DNA from: Auanema rhodensis
Taxonomy: Eukaryota; Animalia; Nematoda
Assembly (NCBI GenBank): GCA_964057225.1
Contig: OZ059895.1
Coordinates: 22,878,001-22,942,000 of the forward strand
Reading direction: 5' to 3'
Length of the DNA: 64,000 bases
The translations under genes and the position numbers were made by a program. Below, one piece after another: positions 42,401 through 53,600 of the stretch (its first letter is position 1; each line of letters begins with the position of its first letter). The notes beneath the pieces were generated by a model. It was not told the origin of the DNA. It ran no database searches and saw only the letters and a list, made by a program, of their open reading frames with translations.

Positions 42401-43196
42401 AGGAATCTAAAAACATCTACTTTTTGCTAAATTATTTTGAAATTTTTCGAAAAAATTTTTGTCAAAATGTTTTTGGAAGCAATGTTGAGTGTACATGGAA
42501 ACTCAACATACACTAATGCATCATTTTTCAAACGATCATAACTAATTTTTGTATTAAGCGTTTCTCCATGTAGTATAGTGCATTCGATGCGGATTTTTAA
42601 GCTGCGTCGATGTGTGTTATCAGATTTGCGCTAGCTTAAAAATGCACCGAGATATCAACTGATATAAGTTCACACTTATATCCTCGATTTTCACCCTGAA
42701 GAATTAATTTTTTCGTTGAATAACAATGTCCATCGTCTTTGCCTTGAAAAAAGAAATCTAAAAACATCTACTTTTTGCTAAATTATTTTGAAATTTTTCG
42801 AAAAAATTTTTGTCAATGTTTTTGGAAGCAATGTTGAGTGTACATGGAAACTCAACATACACTAATGCATCATTTTTCAAACGATCATAACTAATTTTTG
42901 TATTAAGCGTTTCTCCATGTAGTATAGTGCATTCGATGCGGATTTTTAAGCTGCGTCGATCTGTGTTATCAGATTTGCGCTAGCTTAAAAATGCACCGAG
43001 ATATCAACTGATATAAGTTCACACTTATATCCTCGATTTTCACCCTGAAGAATTAATTTTTTCGTTGAATAACATTGTCCATCGTCTTTGCCTTGAAAAA
43101 AGGAATCTAAAAACATCTACTTTTTGCTAAATTATTTTGAAATTTTTCGAAAAAATTTTTGTCAATGTTTTTGGAAGCAATGTTGAGTGTACATGG

Positions 43197-43228
43197 AAAC
43201 TCAACATACACTAAACTCAACATACACT
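43197..43228 (+). repeat. 16-bp tandem duplication AAACTCAACATACACT x2 inside one monomer (367-bp monomer, 43170-43536)
   Basis: GGAAACTCAACATACACT-AAACTCAACATACACT-AATGC; the next monomer start is shifted by +16. Confidence 0.95.
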
Positions 43229-46200
43229 AATGCATCATTTTTCAAACGATCATAACTAATTTTTGTATTAAGCGTTTTTCCATGTAGTATAGTGCATTCG
43301 ATGCGGATTTTTAAGCTGCGTCGATCTGTGTTATCAGATTTGCGCTAGCTTAAAAATGCACCGAGATATCAACTGATATAAGTTCACACTTATATCCTCG
43401 ATTTTCACCCTGAAGAATTAATTTTTTCGTTGAATAACATTGTCCATCGTCTTTGCCTTGAAAAAAGGAATCTAAAAACATCTACTTTTTGCTAAATTAT
43501 TTTGAAATTTTTCGAAAAAATTTTTGTCAAAATGTTTTTGGAAGCAATGTTGAGTGTACATGGAAACTCAACATACACTAATGCATCATTTTTCAAACGA
43601 TCATAACTAATTTTTGTATTAAGCGTTTCTCAATGTAGTATAGTGCATTCGATGCAGATTTTTAAGCTGCGTCGATCTGTGTTATCAGATTTGCGCTAGC
43701 TTAAAAATGCACCGAGATATCAACTGATATAAGTTCACACTTATATCCTCGATTTTCACCCTGAAGAATTAATTTTTTCGTTGAATAACATTGTCCATCG
43801 TCTTTGCCTTGAAAAAAGGAATCTAAAAACATCTACTTTTTGCTAAATTATTTTGAAATTTTTCGAAAAAATTTTTGTCAAAATGTTTTTGGAAGCAATG
43901 TTGAGTGTACATGGAAACTCAACATACACTAATGCATCATTTTTCAAACGATCATAACTAATTTTTGTATTAAGCGTTTCTCCATGTAGTATAGTGCATT
44001 CGATGCGGATTTTTAAGCTGCGTCGATCTGTGTTATCAGATTTGCGCTAGCTTAAAAATGCACCGAGATATCAACTGATATAAGTTCACACTTATATCCT
44101 CGATTTTCACCCTGAAGAATTAATTTTTTCGTTGAATAACATTGTCCATCGTCTTTGCCTTGAAAAAAGGAATCTAAAAACATCTACTTTTTGCTAAATT
44201 ATTTTGAAATTTTTCGAAAAAATTTTTGTCAAAATGTTTTTGGAAGCAATGTTGAGTGTACATGGAAACTCAACATACACTAATGCATCATTTTTCAAAC
44301 GATCATAACTAATTTTTGTATTAAGCGTTTCTCAATGTAGTATAGTGCATTCGATGCAGATTTTTAAGCTGCGTCGATCTGTGTTATCAGATTTGCGCTA
44401 GCTTAAAAATGCACCGAGATATCAACTGATATAAGTTCACACTTATATCCTCGATTTTCACCCTGAAGAATTAATTTTTTCGTTGAATAACATTGTCCAT
44501 CGTCTTTGCCTTGAAAAAAGGAATCTAAAAACATCTACTTTTTGCTAAATTATTTTGAAATTTTTCGAAAAAATTTTTGTCAAAATGTTTTTGGAAGCAA
44601 TGTTGAGTGTACATGGAAACTCAACATACACTAATGCATCATTTTTCAAACGATCATAACTAATTTTTGTATTAAGCGTTTCTCAATGTAGTATAGTGCA
44701 TTCGATGCAGATTTTTAAGCTGCGTCGATCTGTGTTATCAGATTTGCGCTAGCTTAAAAATGCACCGAGATATCAACTGATATAAGTTCACACTTATATC
44801 CTCGATTTTCACCCTGAAGAATTAATTTTTTCGTTGAATAACATTGTCCATCGTCTTTGCCTTGAAAAAAGGAATCTAAAAACATCTACTTTTTGCTAAA
44901 TTATTTTGAAATTTTTCGAAAAAATTTTTGTCAAAATGTTTTTGGAAGCAATGTTGAGTGTACATGGAAACTCAACATACACTAATGCATCATTTTTCAA
45001 ACGATCATAACTAATTTTTGTATTAAGCGTTTCTCAATGTAGTATAGTGCATTCGATGCAGATTTTTAAGCTGCGTCGATCTGTGTTATCAGATTTGCGC
45101 TAGCTTAAAAATGCACCGAGATATCAACTGATATAAGTTTACACTTATATCCTCGATTTTCACCCTGAAGAATTAATTTTTTCGTTGAATAACATTGTCC
45201 ATCGTCTTTGCCTTGAAAAAAGGAATCTAAAAACATCTACTTTTTGCTAAATTATTTTGAAATTTTTCGAAAAAATTTTTGTCAATGTTTTTGGAAGCAA
45301 TGTTGAGTGTACATGGAAACTCAACATACACTAATGCATCATTTTTCAAACGATCATAACTAATTTTTGTATTAAGCGTTTCTCAATGTAGTATAGTGCA
45401 TTCGATGCGGATTTTTAAGCTGCGTCGATCTGTGTTATCAGATTTGCGCTAGCTTAAAAATGCACCGAGATATCAACTGATATATGTTCACACTTATATC
45501 CTCGATTTTCACCCTGAAGAATTAATTTTTTCGTTGAATAACAATGTCCATCGTCTTTGCCTTGAAAAAAGGAATCTAAAAACATCTACTTTTTGCTAAA
45601 TTATTTCGAAATTTTTCGAAAAAATTTTTGTCAAAATGTTTTTGGAAGCAATGTTGAGTGTACATGGAAACTCAACATACACTAATGCATCATTTTTCAA
45701 ACGATCATAACTAATTTTTGTATTAAGCGTTTCTCCATGTAGTATAGTGCATTCGATGCGGATTTTTAAGCTGCGTCGATCTGTGTTATCAGATTTGCGC
45801 TAGCTTAAAAATGCACCGAGATATCAACTGATATATGTTCACACTTATATCCTCGATTTTCACCCTGAAGAATTAATTTTTTCGTTGAATAACAATGTCC
45901 ATCGTCTTTGCCTTGAAAAAAGGAATCTAAAAACATCTACTTTTTGCTAAATTATTTCGAAATTTTTCGAAAAAATTTTTGTCAAAATGTTTTTGGAAGC
46001 AATGTTGAGTGTACATGGAAACTCAACATACACTAATGCATCATTTTTCAAACGATCATAACTAATTTTTGTATTAAGCGTTTCTCCATGTAGTATAGTG
46101 CATTCGATGCGGATTTTTAAGCTGCGTCGATCTGTGTTATCAGATTTGCGCTAGCTTAAAAATGCACCGAGATATCAACTGATATAAGTTCACACTTATA

Positions 46201-47662
46201 TCCTCGATTTTCACCCTGAAGAATTAATTTTTTCGTTGAATAACATTGTCCATCGTCTTTGCCTTGAAAAAAGGAATCTAAAAACATCTACTTTTTGCTA
46301 AATTATTTTGAAATTTTTCGAAAAAATTTTTGTCAAAATGTTTTTGGAAGCAATGTTGAGTGTACATGGAAACTCAACATACACTAATGCATCATTTTTC
46401 AAACGATCATAACTAATTTTTGTATTAAGCGTTTCTCAATGTAGTATAGTGCATTCGATGCAGATTTTTAAGCTGCGTCGATCTGTGTTATCAGATTTGC
46501 GCTAGCTTAAAAATGCACCGAGATATCAACTGATATAAGTTCACACTTATATCCTCGATTTTCACCCTGAAGAATTAATTTTTTCGTTGAATAACATTGT
46601 CCATCGTCTTTGCCTTGAAAAAAGGAATCTAAAAACATCTACTTTTTGCTAAATTATTTTGAAATTTTTCGAAAAAATTTTTGTCAAAATGTTTTTGGAA
46701 GCAATGTTGAGTGTACATGGAAACTCAACATACACTAATGCATCATTTTTCAAACGATCATAACTAATTTTTGTATTAAGCGTTTCTCAATGTAGTATAG
46801 TGCATTCGATGCAGATTTTTAAGCTGCGTCGATCTGTGTTATCAGATTTGCGCTAGCTTAAAAATGCACCGAGATATCAACTGATATAAGTTTACACTTA
46901 TATCCTCGATTTTCACCCTGAAGAATTAATTTTTTCGTTGAATAACATTGTCCATCGTCTTTGCCTTGAAAAAAGGAATCTAAAAACATCTACTTTTTGC
47001 TAAATTATTTTGAAATTTTTCGAAAAAATTTTTGTCAATGTTTTTGGAAGCAATGTTGAGTGTACATGGAAACTCAACATACACTAATGCATCATTTTTC
47101 AAACGATCATAACTAATTTTTGTATTAAGCGTTTCTCAATGTAGTATAGTGCATTCGATGCGGATTTTTAAGCTGCGTCGATCTGTGTTATCAGATTTGC
47201 GCTAGCTTAAAAATGCACCGAGATATCAACTGATATATGTTCACACTTATATCCTCGATTTTCACCCTGAAGAATTAATTTTTTCGTTGAATAACAATGT
47301 CCATCGTCTTTGCCTTGAAAAAAGGAATCTAAAAACATCTACTTTTTGCTAAATTATTTCGAAATTTTTCGAAAAAATTTTTGTCAAAATGTTTTTGGAA
47401 GCAATGTTGAGTGTACATGGAAACTCAACATACACTAATGCATCATTTTTCAAACGATCATAACTAATTTTTGTATTAAGCGTTTCTCCATGTAGTATAG
47501 TGCATTCGATGCGGATTTTTAAGCTGCGTCGATCTGTGTTATCAGATTTGCGCTAGCTTAAAAATGCACCGAGATATCAACTGATATAAGTTCACACTTA
47601 TATCCTCGATTTTCACCCTGAAGAATTAATTTTTTCGTTGAATTACAATGTCCATCGTCTTT

Positions 47663-47666
47663 CAAA
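47663..47666. other. Strand-switch (inversion) junction with 4-nt CAAA insert
   Basis: ...GTCCATCGTCTTT | CAAA | CAAAAAGTAGATG...; the forward monomer breaks after position 269 and the reverse monomer begins at position 306. Confidence 0.95.
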
Positions 47667-50600
47667 CAAAAAGTAGATGTTTTTAGATTCCTTTTTTCCA
47701 GGCAAAGACGATGGACAATGTTATTCAACGAAAAAATTAATTCTTCAGGGTGAAAATCGAGGATATAAGTGTGAACTTATATCAGTTGATATCTCGGTGC
47801 ATTTTTAAGCTAGCGCAAATCTGATAACACAGATCGACGCAGCTTAAAAATCCGCATCGAATGCACTATACTACATGGAGAAACGCTTAATACAAAAATT
47901 AGTTATGATCGTTTGAAAAATGATGCATTAGTGTATGTTGAGTTTCCATGTACACTCAACATTGCTTCCAAAAACATTTTGACAAAAATTTTTTCGAAAA
48001 ATTTCGAAATAATTTAGCAAAAAGTAGATGTTTTTAGATTCCTTTTTTCAAGGCAAAGACGATGGACATTGTTATTCAACGAAAAAATTAATTCTTCAGG
48101 GTGAAAATCGAGGATATAAGTGTGAACATATATCAGTTGATATCTCGGTGCATTTTTAAGCTAGCGCAAATCTGATAACACAGATCGACGCAGCTTAAAA
48201 ATCCGCATCGAATGCACTATACTACATTGAGAAACGCTTAATACAAAAATTAGTTATGATCGTTTGAAAAATGATGCATTAGTGTATGTTGAGTTTCCAT
48301 GTACACTCAACATTGCTTCCAAAAACATTTTGACAAAAATTTTTTCGAAAAATTTCAAAATAATTTAGCAAAAAGTAGATGTTTTTAGATTCCTTTTTTC
48401 AAAGCAAAGACGATGGACAATGTTATTCAACGAAAAAATTAATTCTTCAGGGTGAAAATCGAGGATATAAGTGTGAACTTATATCAGTTGATATCTCGGT
48501 GCATTTTTAAGCTAGCGCAAATCTGATAACACAGATCGACGCAGCTTAAAAATCCGCATCGAATGCACTATACTACATGGAGAAACGCTTAATACAAAAA
48601 TTAGTTATGATCGTTTGAAAAATGATGCATTAGTGTATGTTGAGTTTCCATGTACACTCAACATTGCTTCCAAAAACATTTTGACAAAAATTTTTTCGAA
48701 AAATTTCGAAATAATTTAGCAAAAAGTAGATGTTTTTAGATTCCTTTTTTCAAGGCAAAGACGATGGACATTGTTATTCAACGAAAAAATTAATTCTTCA
48801 GGGTGAAAATCGAGGATATAAGTGTGAACATATATCAGTTGATATCTCGGTGCATTTTTAAGCTAGCGCAAATCTGATAACACAGATCGACGCAGCTTAA
48901 AAATCCGCATCGAATGCACTATACTACATTGAGAAACGCTTAATACAAAAATTAGTTATGATCGTTTGAAAAATGATGCATTAGTGTATGTTGAGTTTCC
49001 ATGTACACTCAACATTGCTTCCAAAAACATTTTGACAAAAATTTTTTCGAAAAATTTCAAAATAATTTAGCAAAAAGTAGATGTTTTTAGATTCCTTTTT
49101 TCAAGGCAAAGACGATGGACATTGTTATTCAACGAAAAAATTAATTCTTCAGGGTGAAAATCGAGGATATAAGTGTGAACATATATCAGTTGATATCTCG
49201 GTGCATTTTTAAGCTAGCGCAAATCTGATAACACAGATCGACGCAGCTTAAAAATCCGCATCGAATGCACTATACTACATTGAGAAACGCTTAATACAAA
49301 AATTAGTTATGATCGTTTGAAAAATGATGCATTAGTGTATGTTGAGTTTCCATGTACACTCAACATTGCTTCCAAAAACATTTTGACAAAAATTTTTTCG
49401 AAAAATTTCAGAATAATTTAGCAAAAAGTAGATGTTTTTAGATTCCTTTTTTCAAGGCAAAGACGATGGACAATGTTATTCAACGAAAAAATTAATTCTT
49501 CAGGGTGAAAATCGAGGATATAAGTGTGAACTTAAATCAGTTGATATCTCGGTGCATTTTTAAGCTAGCGCAAATCTGATAACACAGATCGATGCAGCTT
49601 AAAAATCCGCATCGAATGCACTATACTACATTGAGAAACGCTTTATAGAAAAATTAGTTATGATCGTTTGAAAAATGATGCATTAGTGTATGTTGAGTTT
49701 CCATGTACACTCAACATTGCTTCCAAAAACATTTTGACAAAAATTTTTTCGAAAAATTTCGAAATAATTTAGCAAAAAGTAGATGTTTTTAGATTCCTTT
49801 TTTCAAGGCAAAGACGATGGACATTGTTATTCAACGAAAAAATTAATTCTTCAGGGTGAAAATCGAGGATATAAGTGTGAACATATATCAGTTGATATCT
49901 CGGTGCATTTTTAAGCTAGCGCAAATCTGATAACACAGATCGACGCAGCTTAAAAATCCGCATCGAATGCACTATACTACATTGAGAAACGCTTAATACA
50001 AAAATTAGTTATGATCGTTTGAAAAATGATGCATTAGTGTATGTTGAGTTTCCATGTACACTCAACATTGCTTCCAAAAACATTTTGACAAAAATTTTTT
50101 CGAAAAATTTCAAAATAATTTAGCAAAAAGTAGATGTTTTTAGATTCCTTTTTTCAAGGCAAAGACGATGGACATTGTTATTCAACGAAAAAATTAATTC
50201 TTCAGGGTGAAAATCGAGGATATAAGTGTGAACATATATCAGTTGATATCTCGGTGCATTTTTAAGCTAGCGCAAATCTGATAACACAGATCGACGCAGC
50301 TTAAAAATCCGCATCGAATGCACTATACTACATTGAGAAACGCTTAATACAAAAATTAGTTGTGATCGTTTGAAAAATGATGCATTAGTGTATGTTGAGT
50401 TTCCATGTACACTCAACATTGCTTCCAAAAACATTTTGACAAAAATTTTTTCGAAAAATTTCAGAATAATTTAGCAAAAAGTAGATGTTTTTAGATTCCT
50501 TTTTTCAAGGCAAAGACGATGGACAATGTTATTCAACGAAAAAAATTAATTCTTCAGGGTGAAAATCGAGGATATAAGTGTGAACTTATATCAGTTGATA

Positions 50601-53600
50601 TCTCGGTGCATTTTTAAGCTAGCGCAAATCTGATAACACAGATCGATGCAGCTTAAAAATCCGCATCGAATGCACTATACTACATTGAGAAACGCTTAAT
50701 ACAAAAATTAGTTATGATCGTTTGAAAAATGATGCATTAGTGTATGTTGAGTTTCCATGTACACTCAACATTGCTTCCAAAAACATTTTGACAAAAATTT
50801 TTTCGAAAAATTTCAAAATAATTTAGCAAAAAGTAGATGTTTTTAGATTCCTTTTTTCAAGGCAAAGACGATGGACATTGTTATTCAACGAAAAAATTAA
50901 TTCTTCAGGGTGAAAATCGAGGATATAAGTGTGAACATATATCAGTTGATATCTCGGTGCATTTTTAAGCTAGCGCAAATCTGATAACACAGATCGACGC
51001 AGCTTAAAAATCCGCATCGAATGCACTATACTACATTGAGAAACGCTTAATACAAAAATTAGTTATGATCGTTTGAAAAATGATGCATTAGTGTATGTTG
51101 AGTTTCCATGTACACTCAACATTGCTTCCAAAAACATTTTGACAAAAATTTTTTCGAAAAATTTCAAAATAATTTAGCAAAAAGTAGATGTTTTTAGATT
51201 CCTTTTTTCAAGGCAAAGACGATGGACAATGTTATTCAACGAAAAAATTAATTCTTCAGGGTGAAAATCGAGGATATAAGTGTGAACTTATATCAGTTGA
51301 TATCTCGGTGCATTTTTAAGCTAGCGCAAATCTGATAACACAGATCGACGCAGCTTAAAAATCCGCATCGAATGCACTATACTACATGGAGAAACGCTTA
51401 ATACAAAAATTAGTTATGATCGTTTGAAAAATGATGCATTAGTGTATGTTGAGTTTCCATGTACACTCAACATTGCTTCCAAAAACATTTTGACAAAAAT
51501 TTTTTCGAAAAATTTCAAAATAATTTAGCAAAAAGTAGATGTTTTTAGATTCCTTTTTTCAAGGCAAAGACGATGGACAATGTTATTCAACGAAAAAATT
51601 AATTCTTCAGGGTGAAAATCGAGGATATAAGTGTGAACTTATATCAGTTGATATCTCGGTGCATTTTTAAGCTAGCGCAAATCTGATAACACAGATCGAC
51701 GCAGCTTAAAAATCCGCATCGAACGCACTATACTACATGGAGAAACGCTTAATACAAAAATTAGTTATGATCGTTTGAAAAATGATGCATTAGTGTATGT
51801 TGAGTTTCCATGTACACTCAACATTGCTTCCAAAAACATTTTGACAAAAATTTTTTCGAAAAATTTCGAAATAATTTAGCAAAAAGTAGATGTTTTTAGA
51901 TTCCTTTTTTCAAGGCAAAGACGATGGACATTGTTATTCAACGAAAAAATTAATTCTTCAGGGTGAAAATCGAGGATATAAGTGTGAACATATATCAGTT
52001 GATATCTCGGTGCATTTTTAAGCTAGCGCAAATCTGATAACACAGATCGACGCAGCTTAAAAATCCGCATCGAATGCACTATACTACATTGAGAAACGCT
52101 TAATACAAAAATTAGTTATGATCGTTTGAAAAATGATGCATTAGTGTATGTTGAGTTTCCATGTACACTCAACATTGCTTCCAAAAACATTGACAAAAAT
52201 TTTTTCGAAAAATTTCAAAATAATTTAGCAAAAAGTAGATGTTTTTAGATTCCTTTTTTCAAGGCAAAGACGATGGACAATGTTATTCAACGAAAAAATT
52301 AATTCTTCAGGGTGAAAATCGAGGATATAAGTGTAAACTTATATCAGTTGATATCTCGGTGCATTTTTAAGCTAGCGCAAATCTGATAACACAGATCGAC
52401 GCAGCTTAAAAATCCGCATCGAATGCACTATACTACATGGAGAAACGCTTAATACAAAAATTAGTTATGATCGTTTGAAAAATGATGCATTAGTGTATGT
52501 TGAGTTTCCATGTACACTCAACATTGCTTCCAAAAACATTTTGACAAAAATTTTTTCGAAAAATTTCAAAATAATTTAGCAAAAAGTAGATGTTTTTAGA
52601 TTCCTTTTTTCAAGGCAAAGACGATGGACAATGTTATTCAACGAAAAAATTAATTCTTCAGGGTGAAAATCGAGGATATAAGTGTGAACTTATATCAGTT
52701 GATATCTCGGTGCATTTTTAAGCTAGCGCAAATCTGATAACACAGATCGACGCAGCTTAAAAATCCGCATCGAATGCACTATACTACATGGAGAAACGCT
52801 TAATACAAAAATTAGTTATGATCGTTTGAAAAATGATGCATTAGTGTATGTTGAGTTTCCATGTACACTCAACATTGCTTCCAAAAACATTTTGACAAAA
52901 ATTTTTTCGAAAAATTTCAAAATAATTTAGCAAAAAGTAGATGTTTTTAGATTCCTTTTTTCAAGGCAAAGACGATGGACAATGTTATTCAACGAAAAAA
53001 TTAATTCTTCAGGGTGAAAATCGAGGATATAAGTGTGAACTTATATCAGTTGATATCTCGGTGCATTTTTAAGCTAGCGCAAATCTGATAACACAGATCG
53101 ACGCAGCTTAAAAATCCGCATCGAATGCACTATACTACATGGAGAAACGCTTAATACAAAAATTAGTTATGATCGTTTGAAAAATGATGCATTAGTGTAT
53201 GTTGAGTTTCCATGTACACTCAACATTGCTTCCAAAAACATTTTGACAAAAATTTTTTCGAAAAATTTCGAAATAATTTAGCAAAAAGTAGATGTTTTTA
53301 GATTCCTTTTTTCAAGGCAAAGACGATGGACATTGTTATTCAACGAAAAAATTAATTCTTCAGGGTGAAAATCGAGGATATAAGTGTGAACATATATCAG
53401 TTGATATCTCGGTGCATTTTTAAGCTAGCGCAAATCTGATAACACAGATCGACGCAGCTTAAAAATCCGCATCGAATGCACTATACTACATTGAGAAACG
53501 CTTAATACAAAAATTAGTTATGATCGTTTGAAAAATGATGCATTAGTGTATGTTGAGTTTCCATGTACACTCAACATTGCTTCCAAAAACATTGACAAAA

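Larger units (their letters stand above)
1..47662 (+). repeat. Tandem satellite array, 351-bp monomer, about 135.8 copies, forward orientation (continues beyond window start)
   Basis: TTTGGAAGCAATGTTGAG recurs at 1, 352, 703 and so on. Exact phase is kept at 7021, 14041, 21061, 28081, 35101 and 42121 (every 20 x 351), so there is no net indel in the first 121 monomers. The last partial monomer (47394-47662) ends at monomer position 269. Confidence 0.99.

Noticed and set aside
2-42471. 351 bp = 117 codons; one + frame has only TAA/TAG stops (3-4 per monomer, no TGA), so it would be open under a ciliate-type code as a giant repeat protein
   Set aside because: Having one of six frames free of TGA over 117 codons is unremarkable by chance. 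The 2-bp deletions, 16-bp duplication and inversion break the frame, and common variants show no evident synonymous bias.
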